Positions 36,406 through 44,626 of a DNA stretch of 64,000 bases are shown here, piece after piece. A program made the position numbers and the translations under genes. Under the pieces are notes generated by a model that made no database searches, had not been told where the DNA came from, and worked only from the letters and a program-made list of their open reading frames with translations. This DNA comes from Chloroflexota bacterium (GTDB taxonomy: Bacteria > Chloroflexota > Anaerolineae > Anaerolineales > UBA4823), in contig JAJUJL010000002.1 of NCBI GenBank assembly GCA_029265355.1, forward strand, positions 332,803-396,802. The letters are read 5' to 3'. Positions within the stretch are counted from its first letter, which is position 1. Each line of letters starts with the position of its first letter.

Positions 36406-39400
36406 TCAACTGGCCACAGGAGATGGCACACCGTGCATCAGGGATTTCAACGGAAGCAGCTCTCGCTTCATCACCCGCAGCGCCTGCTCAGGGTTGACGC
36501 GTCCATATAGCCCGCCCAAAATGCTAACCAGATATTGGGCATCTAGTAGCACTTCACCGTTTGGGCGCAAAATATACTCTTCCTCGGGTGAAAAAAGCGC
36601 TCCTTCTGCGATAGCTGCCAGGTCTTGCTGGTAGCCAGGCTCGCGGTATCGGCACTTATGGTAGATCGTGCCTCCGATCAACAGCACGGTGACAGGCTGG
36701 TTGAAGTAATTGACACCATACTGAAGGAAGTAGGTTTCGGTCTCATCCACACGCCCGGTGTGTTTACCGGTGGTGACTGCCATGATCTCGCGCGCCAGGT
36801 ATGATGTGGCGGCATTCTCCAAGGCTGTGTTTGGCGAGGCATGCGGATTCTGGCTGATCCAGCTCAAGTATCCGTCCAGATCTACCGAATTGCGCCCATT
36901 GCTGCGCGTGACAAAGCGACGGAACTGGTCATTGCCAGGCGTCATTTCTTGTGGGTAGCGCAGTTCCAGGTAGCTGGCGAGCTCGTCCGCCAGCTTGCCG
37001 TTCTTGAAGCGCGGCAGTTCCTTGATATTCTCTGCATTGTAGCTCAGGCCGAACTTACCTTCGACGCGGCGAAAAACGAGCGGCACGTTGGGCGTTTTCA
37101 GGATAGTGCGCTTGACTTTCCGTCGAGGATCCTGTCCTGGGAAAGCGTACAATGGATTGTCATGAACGTTGGAGTAAAAATCGGTGGTGGCGCCGCCAAT
37201 ATCCAATGCCATGATATTGCCCAAACCCGGTTCACTGCCATAGCCGTTGGCTAACAGGTTTATGCCGCGAAAGGCTGCGCGCGGGGTAGGTATGAAGGGC
37301 GCGTCCATGTACTCCTCAACCACATCGAAGCCTTTGCCGCGGATGATCACGGTTTGGAACAACTCGCGAATTGCTTCGTTGACCACCTCAATGCGAAAGT
37401 TGTTGATCTCGGGCATCACATTGGGCATGATGCGAATATCGATATTGCGGTAGCAGAAAATATTGGCAATTCGATCTCGAATATCCTGGTTGCCAGCGTA
37501 GATGACTGGCACGCCGTAGTCGGCATAGGTGGCGTAGCGGGCGTTGCGGGCCAGCAAGCGGGCGTTGTGAAGCTGGGTAAAGGTGTCGCCGCCGTCATCC
37601 GTACCGCCTGCCAGGAGGATAATTTCTGGTTGATCCACCTCGTAAATGCGCCGCGCCTGTTCGGGTGTGAGTTGCCCTTCATAAGAGTTCACCAGCTTAG
37701 CTCCCGCGGTCAGCGCAGCCAGCTCAGCCGCGAAGCCCGATTCTTCTTTAACCAGCGCTACGGTCACCATCTTCAAACCGCCTTTGGCGCTGGAACAGGG
37801 AAGGCGGACGGCGAACTCGCGCATCTTGGCAGCCAGGGGTTTCCAGTCGCCACTTTCTCGGCAAGCATCCAACACTCCCAGTCCATCCGCTAGGCCGATG
37901 CGAATGTCTTCGACGGTGGTGGGCTTGTAGCGCAGTTCAAAGGTTTCTCGCCGGGTATCAAAGATGCCCACCTTGGTATAGGTGCTGCCGAAGTCCACCA
38001 CCAGGATTTTTTCGTCTGCCAATCCCGTGAGGCCAATTTCCTTGCGGAAGCTGGTGACCATCTCTTCATCGACGCGCTCGACTTCGGCGTCTTCAGAGAT
38101 GAAGCTGGCTTCATTGGCGTGGATGATGTCTTTGTAAAAGTACCACGGATAGGTCTTGCGAACCAAATCGACGCGTTCCATTTCACTATAGACCTTGATG
38201 CCATTCCACTCATCACAGCGGCACATGCCATTGATCACTTTCGTGCGGCAAGCGCCAGCCATCTCGTAACGCCGGTCCACCACTGTGATATGCGGCCCTT
38301 GAAACAGCCCAATCTGCAGCGCCAGGTCGAGCGTGTCACCAGCAATCAAGCCGCAGATACCGATCGGGTAGTTGGTTTCGTCAACCAGACTGAGCAGCAT
38401 GGTTTCGTAGTTCTTCTCGCGGTTTTCCTTTGGCTCATTGGCCCACTCATCGAAGTTTTCGGGGCGTATCTCACCCTCGTATCCACCCAGGATGGCGCAG
38501 TGCAGCAGGTTGTACATGGCGCTCTGCTTGAGCTCTTTGATGCGCCCGACCACTATCGGATCCGACCAGATATCGGGTACATTGCCTTTGGCGAAATCCC
38601 AGCAGACCTGCTTGACGATCTCGCAGGATTCGATGATGTCATCGGCGCTGGCTTCATGGTGTGCTTCGGAATGGGTGACGACATGCAGAATGTCGGGCTG
38701 CATGTAGAGCTGGGTGTAGATGCCAAATGCCAGGTGACCCTTGGCCTGGTTCAGATTAGGAGGGAAGGAAGGTAGGCCGGAGCGCGTCTGACGCAGGATG
38801 CGAAATTCGAAGTGGCGGGTAAGCGGCTCCGCCAGTTCATAGGCGGCTTTCATCTTTGCCAGGTCGTCCATGGCAGAGATTTCCGGCGGCAGCTCGAACA
38901 TCATCTGCATCACGTAATTCTTGATGCCCTTTTTTAGGGCAATCACGGCGCACAACACGTGGTCGGTCACCTGCATGTCGTCGGAAGCGTAGCGCAGCCC
39001 CCATTGATGGGGATCGTTGATCTCCAGCGGTTTGCCGATCGAAGCCCAATACTCGATGGTGCGAAAGTGCTCGTCGAAGCTATCACGTATACTGATCGGG
39101 CCACGTCCATCCAGCTCGTTGTAAAAAAAGATTGGTACAGCGGGAAAAGCGATGTTGAGATGTTCTTCCCAAAGATGCGCCAGTGTGACCAGCTCATCGG
39201 TGCCGGTATAGATGCGCGTCAAGGGGAAATTGCCGCGCTGAGAAGCAGCTTTGAGGCGCTTCAGGTCCTCGATGGAGCGGATCGGTGCTCCACCTTGACC
39301 AGCCAGGTACTTGCTGGGGTCTTCTTCGCCGCGGATGAACTTGGCCAGCAGCTCTTGAGAGGTCTGGTCAGGAGCGAGTGAGACAATCTCGAAAGCTTCA

Positions 39401-40113
39401 GCTTCTGCCAGCTTCTCAATCGCCGCCACAGTGGGTTCGATGGTCTCTGCCGCGATGCCGATGTGGGCTCGGATGATTGGGCGGTTTTCTCGCTCGCGCA
39501 CCTGCCGGATACGCTCGACAAGATAGTCAGACCAGGGATTTTCTTGACGCACATGGGTGGTAGAGCGGCGCTGGGCGAATGCCTCCAGCTCCTCCATGGT
39601 AACAAAGTCATCCACCACCAGCTCAAAGAACCCCTGGAAGTGCTCCTTCTGGCGGTATTCATTGGCTATTTTTTCAAGATCAAAGTGGCGTTCTTCATCC
39701 CGGATGAAGCGGTCTTCCTCCAGTGGTAAGCCGGTCATGGCGCGTACCAGATTGGCTGCCGGTCGCAAACCGCCGAAGCTGTAGCGGATGCCCGAATCGC
39801 GCGGGTGCAGCCCATATTTGGTGGCTTCTTCGATGAATTCACTGATCAGCTTATCCACATGCAGGTCGCCCAGGCGCATGGAGACGCCCACCACTTCCGG
39901 GCGCGCCTCGCGCACCTTGTTGATCACTTCACGGATCGGGACTGCTGGACCGAGCTTGACCGAAACATAACCCAGGCCCATATCCTGCATCCAATCAGCA
40001 AAGTTCTCAACACCCAGGTTGTGCACACACTTGCCAATCGCCCCGACCATAACACGTCGTTTTTGAGCGCTGGTGTGGATCTTCCTACTTGGATGGTTAT
40101 TTTTTTTGGCCAT
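36406..40113 (-). CDS. Fusion protein: cobalamin-binding domain + glutamate-mutase-E-like TIM barrel + GlmL/MutL-like ASKHA ATPase
   Basis: B12-type Rossmann N-terminus at 39715..40113. GlmE-like landmarks in the centre. The C-terminal 533 aa (36409..38007) carry ILVVDFGSTYTK, CSSAKGGLKM, IILLAGGTDDGG and ALDIGGATTDFYS, as in GlmL. The ATG at 40113 has GAGGAG 10 nt upstream. The track start at 40215 lies inside the upstream gene. Confidence 0.8.
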   Translation of the reverse strand: MAKKNNHPSRKIHTSAQKRRVMVGAIGKCVHNLGVENFADWMQDMGLGYVSVKLGPAVPIREVINKVREARPEVVGVSMRLGDLHVDKLISEFIEEATKYGLHPRDSGIRYSFGGLRPAANLVRAMTGLPLEEDRFIRDEERHFDLEKIANEYRQKEHFQGFFELVVDDFVTMEELEAFAQRRSTTHVRQENPWSDYLVERIRQVRERENRPIIRAHIGIAAETIEPTVAAIEKLAEAEAFEIVSLAPDQTSQELLAKFIRGEEDPSKYLAGQGGAPIRSIEDLKRLKAASQRGNFPLTRIYTGTDELVTLAHLWEEHLNIAFPAVPIFFYNELDGRGPISIRDSFDEHFRTIEYWASIGKPLEINDPHQWGLRYASDDMQVTDHVLCAVIALKKGIKNYVMQMMFELPPEISAMDDLAKMKAAYELAEPLTRHFEFRILRQTRSGLPSFPPNLNQAKGHLAFGIYTQLYMQPDILHVVTHSEAHHEASADDIIESCEIVKQVCWDFAKGNVPDIWSDPIVVGRIKELKQSAMYNLLHCAILGGYEGEIRPENFDEWANEPKENREKNYETMLLSLVDETNYPIGICGLIAGDTLDLALQIGLFQGPHITVVDRRYEMAGACRTKVINGMCRCDEWNGIKVYSEMERVDLVRKTYPWYFYKDIIHANEASFISEDAEVERVDEEMVTSFRKEIGLTGLADEKILVVDFGSTYTKVGIFDTRRETFELRYKPTTVEDIRIGLADGLGVLDACRESGDWKPLAAKMREFAVRLPCSSAKGGLKMVTVALVKEESGFAAELAALTAGAKLVNSYEGQLTPEQARRIYEVDQPEIILLAGGTDDGGDTFTQLHNARLLARNARYATYADYGVPVIYAGNQDIRDRIANIFCYRNIDIRIMPNVMPEINNFRIEVVNEAIRELFQTVIIRGKGFDVVEEYMDAPFIPTPRAAFRGINLLANGYGSEPGLGNIMALDIGGATTDFYSNVHDNPLYAFPGQDPRRKVKRTILKTPNVPLVFRRVEGKFGLSYNAENIKELPRFKNGKLADELASYLELRYPQEMTPGNDQFRRFVTRSNGRNSVDLDGYLSWISQNPHASPNTALENAATSYLAREIMAVTTGKHTGRVDETETYFLQYGVNYFNQPVTVLLIGGTIYHKCRYREPGYQQDLAAIAEGALFSPEEEYILRPNGEVLLDAQYLVSILGGLYGRVNPEQALRVMKRELLPLKSLMHGVPSPVAS

Positions 40114-41296
40114 GCGACTCTGTCTCCTCAGAATGGATAAGTTGATCGAGCGTGGTGATACCATAGCGCTGCGGGGCGCGGCTGGCGGCAATATCTTTGC
40201 CTTGCAGTTTTCCATCGATGAGATATTCGTGACCCAGGCGCTGCTGAGCCCAGGTTAGCACCCGGTCAATCTGGGGTGTTGGCACGCCAGCCAACTCAGC
40301 GATGCCGCGGGTGGCGATCAACGCATAGGGCACATCCTCTGACAGATAGCGTGCCTGAAAATCGGGCTCTAAGCCGCCCTCAGATTGTCTCACCGGAGCT
40401 CTCAAACCCTGGTAGCTCCGATTTGTGTTGAACGCGGCCTGGAGGCTACTGGTATCGTGCAGGTCTCTTCCATAAGATAGATGCAGCCATTGATCTAAAG
40501 GACGGACGGCTGAAAGGTCAAGCATTGGGAAGCTCTCTTGCAGGGCCGCCCGAACGGCCTGCACTTCGTCGCTCATGGTTTGCAGCACATTGGCTGTGAA
40601 AGCATCCACGCCCTGATAAAAGAGAGGAGCTTCCTCGAGCGGTTCGCCAGACCAGGTGTGAAATAATCCATACATGATGCCAGGGTGAATGAGTTGCCCG
40701 GTGCCTGCCAGGGTAAGGCTAAGAAAATTAGCGATGGGTGTGACTTGCAGGTCGAGGAGGTGGGTCAGGGTGTGAGAGATGGCTGCAGCTTGATGTGTTG
40801 GGTGGGCGGCAAGATCGACCTGGGATTTTGCGCCCAGGACAAGCACACTCTGTCCAAAGACTTCGATACGGCAAGCCCATGGCAGGGTTTGCAGCCCGAA
40901 GATTACACAGCGCTCGGCAAGCTTGCCCAGTGCCTCACGCGCGCACAGGTCGAAAGCGCCGCGAGCTGGTAGAGCGCCGATCCAGGTGCCTGGTTCTAGA
41001 TGGGAAGCAAGCTGGCACAACACAGCTTCGTGGGCGTAAGCGGGCAACGCCAGCAGCACCATTTGTGCATGAGCGGCGGCATCCTGGGGATTCGAACTGA
41101 TTAGGCTGGGATAGCCAAGCAGCTCGCTCTCTCGGTTGCGCACGCACATACCGCCGCCCAAAGCTAAGCCCTGTTTCCAACGCTCTGCTTCTTCCGGGAA
41201 GGATAGAAAGACATTAATATGATTATCAGGCCGTGATGCCAGTATCCCAGCTAGGGTGTGGGCAGCATTACCGCCACCGCAGATCAGGATGTGCAC
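40097..41296 (-). CDS. NAD(P)-dependent opine (octopine/nopaline) dehydrogenase-family protein
   Basis: Rossmann start MHILICGGGNAAHTLAG. C-terminal helical-domain motif ARYLSEDVPYALIATRGIAELAGVPTP is typical of Octopine_DH. Overlaps the fusion gene start by 17 nt. Confidence 0.8.
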   Translation of the reverse strand: MHILICGGGNAAHTLAGILASRPDNHINVFLSFPEEAERWKQGLALGGGMCVRNRESELLGYPSLISSNPQDAAAHAQMVLLALPAYAHEAVLCQLASHLEPGTWIGALPARGAFDLCAREALGKLAERCVIFGLQTLPWACRIEVFGQSVLVLGAKSQVDLAAHPTHQAAAISHTLTHLLDLQVTPIANFLSLTLAGTGQLIHPGIMYGLFHTWSGEPLEEAPLFYQGVDAFTANVLQTMSDEVQAVRAALQESFPMLDLSAVRPLDQWLHLSYGRDLHDTSSLQAAFNTNRSYQGLRAPVRQSEGGLEPDFQARYLSEDVPYALIATRGIAELAGVPTPQIDRVLTWAQQRLGHEYLIDGKLQGKDIAASRAPQRYGITTLDQLIHSEETESHGQKK

Positions 41297-41298
41297 GC

Positions 41299-42171
41299 TT
41301 ACTCCAAATATAAGAGATCGTTTTCGCGATATGCGTTATCTATACGTTGCAGTGAGGCCAGTGTTTGTTCGGGGAGCCGGAAAGATAAGGCTGCGATGAA
41401 AACATTCAGCAAAGACATCAGCGCAGCCGCGGAAAGACTGTGAGCCACGCCTTCGGTGACCACTTCAAAAGCGAAATCGGCGTTTTCTGCCAGCGGAGAG
41501 ACAATGGAGTCTGTAATTGCGATCACCTTAGCGCCAGCACTGCGTGCTTTGCGAACCGCGCTCACGGTTGATCGTACGTAACGCCACAGGTCGATTGCAA
41601 CAAGCAGGTCGCCCTGACGCAATCCCGTCAAGTCAGAAGCCAGAGAAAGGCCTTCGTTGATATTCAAGCGGGCATCCAAACCAATGATCTTCAGCGAATG
41701 GCTCAAAAATACTGCCGCGGAAGAAGATATACCGGTGCCGACGACCAGGATGCGCTGCGCTTCGGCCAAGGCCTGGACTGCCTCGTTGAGTTTCTCGTTG
41801 TCCAGATTGCTCGCTGTGCGCTGGATATTGCTGATATCCGTTTTGAATATGGTTCCAGGCATCCCGCTCGACTCTTCTGGAGATTCAATACGCGATTTCA
41901 AGCGATCCATAGCTCGCAGATAACTGGGCAGTTCGGCACGGATGGCGCGCTGCATCTCGGGATAACCCTCATACCCCAATGTTTGGGCAAAGCGGACCAC
42001 GGTAGCGGCGCTGGTGCCAGTCCGTTCACCTGCCTGGTGAGCTGATGCGAAGGACATAAAGTATTGGTTATTCAGGATGAAGCGCGCCAGGCGTTTGTGT
42101 TTTGGGCTGAGCTGTGGGTGAAGCTCGGAGATGCGTTGAACAATCTTTTGACCGTAAGGCGGTACTTCCAT
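41299..42171 (-). CDS. MurR/RpiR-family transcriptional regulator (HTH_6 + SIS)
   Basis: HTH region LSPKHKRLARFILNN...SAHQAGERTGTSAATVVRFAQTLGYEGY. SIS domain RILVVGTGISSSAAVFLSHSL. The ATG at 42171 is preferred because the TTG at 42186 lies inside the predicted -10 box. Confidence 0.8.
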   Translation of the reverse strand: MEVPPYGQKIVQRISELHPQLSPKHKRLARFILNNQYFMSFASAHQAGERTGTSAATVVRFAQTLGYEGYPEMQRAIRAELPSYLRAMDRLKSRIESPEESSGMPGTIFKTDISNIQRTASNLDNEKLNEAVQALAEAQRILVVGTGISSSAAVFLSHSLKIIGLDARLNINEGLSLASDLTGLRQGDLLVAIDLWRYVRSTVSAVRKARSAGAKVIAITDSIVSPLAENADFAFEVVTEGVAHSLSAAALMSLLNVFIAALSFRLPEQTLASLQRIDNAYRENDLLYLE

Positions 42172-42177
42172 TACTCT

Positions 42178-42218
42178 ATAATACAATAATATTGCAATAA
42201 ATGAAATATCTATTTCAT
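42178..42218 (-). promoter_or_regulatory. Candidate promoter with overlapping palindromic operators for the rpiR-led operon
   Basis: Minus-strand reading is TTTCAT (42201..42206), 17 nt, TATTAT (42178..42183), 6 nt, ATG (42171). The palindrome TATTGCAATA (42190..42199) lies in the spacer. The inverted repeat ATGAAAT-N4-ATTTCAT (42201..42218) overlaps the -35. Confidence 0.4.
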
Positions 42219-42493
42219 GTTAATTAAGTCTGTATAAATTGTTACAGTCATTGCGGCAATGGCGGATTAAATTGGGCTTACCCAGGTAACGATCGAAACC
42301 GATTGATCCTCAGAGCAATTCTAAGATGCCCCAGGATAAATCTTTAGCGATGCACGGGTGGCGAGGGGACTCGGATCCCGACTTCACGGCTCCGAATGAA
42401 GAAACCTGGACAGAATACTCAATGCTCGCCTCAGGTTCTACATCGCCAGCAGCGGGGGTGCGTCTGTTCGATATGGCCTGGCAGATCTGTGTG

Positions 42494-42536
42494 AAAAAAA
42501 CCAGGGTGAGTGTGCAGTCTACGCACTCACCCTGGT
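42494..42536 (-). terminator. Rho-independent terminator after the thiolase/DUF35 pair
   Basis: 13-bp stem ACCAGGGTGAGTG (42500..42512) / CACTCACCCTGGT (42524..42536). On the minus strand it is followed by T7 (the A-run at 42494..42500). Begins 5 nt after the stop at 42541. Confidence 0.8.
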
Positions 42537-42540
42537 AAAG

Positions 42541-43104
42541 TTAATCCTCTTCGACCTGATCTTTCGGAACGAAATAGACATCGGTGGGCTTGATCTTGCT
42601 ATTGCGCAGGAAGCGAGGTTGCACCGGCATGCCAATCCAGCTCAAGTCAGCGGCTTGCGGGTCGACGCCCATTAGCCGGGTGAGAAGCAGGGTGTTGACG
42701 CCCTCGAACTCGATCAACGCCAGGACGAACGGCGTTTCGGGCAGGAATTCTTCCGAGCCGAAGTGGCAGACCGTGAAGGCATGCACACGCGCTGGGCGGT
42801 CTGTGATATCCAACCAGACCGTTTCGTTGCCGGAGTACATATCATGGCCGCGTGGGGTGGCGTAAGTGTAGCCGCTGACCGTGTCTTTGTTCGCCAGCAG
42901 GCGCTTATTGCTCAATGCTGCAAACCAGGGGCTATCCTGTCCATAGGAGTGCAGGTAGGTGATCTGGTAAGGATGCTCCACCAGGATAGGCTGCTGCTGT
43001 TTGAGTTGCGCCAGGGAGGCTTCATCCAACACCTTGGGGAAGGGCAAGTTGTGGACAATGGCGCCTCCCATGCTTTCTGGACGGCGTTTGGGTAGCTTGG
43101 TCAT
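42541..43104 (-). CDS. DUF35 OB-fold/zinc-ribbon acyl-CoA-associated protein
   Basis: OB-fold segment HAFTVCHFGSEEFLPETPFVLALIEFEGVNTLLLTRLMGVDP. AGGAGG SD. Paired with the upstream thiolase-like gene. Confidence 0.75.
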   Translation of the reverse strand: MTKLPKRRPESMGGAIVHNLPFPKVLDEASLAQLKQQQPILVEHPYQITYLHSYGQDSPWFAALSNKRLLANKDTVSGYTYATPRGHDMYSGNETVWLDITDRPARVHAFTVCHFGSEEFLPETPFVLALIEFEGVNTLLLTRLMGVDPQAADLSWIGMPVQPRFLRNSKIKPTDVYFVPKDQVEED

Positions 43105-43113
43105 GATGTCCTC

Positions 43114-44478
43114 CTAATCCTGGCGTTCCAAAACACTGACCGTTACGTATGTACCGGTACCGGCATGAGAATGGATCGCACCGCGTTTAGCGCCTTTCAG
43201 TTGCAATGTGCTATCGCGAAAATGATCAGCGATGCTATCCTGAAGTTGCCATAAAGCAAACACAGCCTGCATCAAACCGGTAGCTCCGACTGGATGCCCG
43301 CAGGCGATCAAGCCGCCCGAGGGGTTGACCGGGCACACTGGCTCATGGGGTAGCTTGAGCCCGTAATCGATGCCCGGCATAAAGGCTTTGCCCGAGACGG
43401 CAAATTCACCCCCTTCTCCGTAGCGGCATAAGCCCAGGTCTTCGTAGGTTTGAATCTCGCTGGAGGTGTAGGCGTCGTGCAGCTCGATGAAATCCAATTC
43501 ATGCAAGGGGTCGGTGATGCCCGCCATCTTCCATGCCATGTTGCCGGCAGTGCGCCCAGCCCGGAAAGAATGCACCCCGGGGTAGCGGGTGCCGTGGTCC
43601 CACAATCGGCGGTAGTAAGCGCGCGTCTCTTCTGAGTCGCGTTCCTGAACTGTGGCGTAGTCGCGCATGAACTGGTCATAATCTACGTGCGGGCGGTCTG
43701 CCATGCGCATCGCATCGGTACCGCGCCCAATACCCGTGATTTTGACCAAGGGACGGCGGATGCTGGCGCCAGCTTCTTCCAGGCGCTGCAAACCTTCTTC
43801 GGAGACCAATATGGTGGCTGCTGCTCCATCAGACATGACGCAAATATCCAGGCGGGTGAGCGGCCAGGCGACCATGGGGGCATTGCGCACATCCTCGATC
43901 GTGTAGCGATTGCGTTTCTGAGCGTATGGGTTGTGATAGGCATTCAGGTGATTCTTGACGCTAACGGCTGCCATCTGCTCAACGGTGGTGCCAAACTCCT
44001 TCATGTGGCGGGTGACCATCATGGCGTAGTAGCCAGAATAGAAACCTCCAACGGGGTAGTCGAAGGACACATCCGAAGCCAGGGCGATGAATTCGTTGCC
44101 TTTCCAGGTTTCGACGTGGCTCATGGTTTCGAAGCCATACGCCACGCACACATCCATGTGCCCACTGGCGACCGATTTCCAGGCTTCCTGGAAACACAGC
44201 CCTCCGGTTGCGCCGCCGCCTTCGACCCGATGGCTGGGTTTGGGACACAAGCCCAGGTAGTCCTGCACCATGATGCCGGCCATGAGTTGGCGGGTAAAGT
44301 GGTCAGAGAAATAAGATGCCACAGAACCATCCACCAACCGGGTGAAGGTGGCAAAGTCCAGGCCGATGTCCTTGACGGCATAGTCGTAGGCTTCCTTGAC
44401 AATCGCCTGGAAGGTTTTATCAGGGCGCGTCTTGCTAAATTTGGACACTCCTCCAGAAACAATGTAGACAGGTCTCAT
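43114..44478 (-). CDS. Thiolase-like (SCP-x/nonspecific lipid-transfer type) protein
   Basis: MRPVYIVSGGVSKFSK. Active-site Cys region EGGGATGGLCF. C-terminal NPSGGLIACGHPVGATG. The ATG at 44478 follows GGAGGAA. The track start at 44580 is an extension. Confidence 0.85.
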   Translation of the reverse strand: MRPVYIVSGGVSKFSKTRPDKTFQAIVKEAYDYAVKDIGLDFATFTRLVDGSVASYFSDHFTRQLMAGIMVQDYLGLCPKPSHRVEGGGATGGLCFQEAWKSVASGHMDVCVAYGFETMSHVETWKGNEFIALASDVSFDYPVGGFYSGYYAMMVTRHMKEFGTTVEQMAAVSVKNHLNAYHNPYAQKRNRYTIEDVRNAPMVAWPLTRLDICVMSDGAAATILVSEEGLQRLEEAGASIRRPLVKITGIGRGTDAMRMADRPHVDYDQFMRDYATVQERDSEETRAYYRRLWDHGTRYPGVHSFRAGRTAGNMAWKMAGITDPLHELDFIELHDAYTSSEIQTYEDLGLCRYGEGGEFAVSGKAFMPGIDYGLKLPHEPVCPVNPSGGLIACGHPVGATGLMQAVFALWQLQDSIADHFRDSTLQLKGAKRGAIHSHAGTGTYVTVSVLERQD

Positions 44479-44626
44479 GCAGTTTCCTCCGGTGAAGTCT
44501 GAACAGGCGCACGGTTTTGAAGACTGGCGGACAGGATGGTGGGTAAAACTTCGCCAGCGTAGTGAATACCATTGTAGCAAAAAAACGAGCCGGTGGCATG
44601 CGGTAAAGGCTGAGAGGAGGGTTTTA

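Noticed and set aside
42326-42538. A 70-aa plus-strand ORF lies between the rpiR operon and the DUF35 gene.
   Set aside because: Its 3' end is formed by the 13-bp terminator stem of the minus-strand operon. It has no SD and no family resemblance.
44579-44611. A possible terminator after the phosphatase gene, with an A7 run on the plus strand (T7 on the minus strand).
   Set aside because: The preceding stem is only about 4 bp (AGCC/GGCT) with competing pairings, which is too weak to call.
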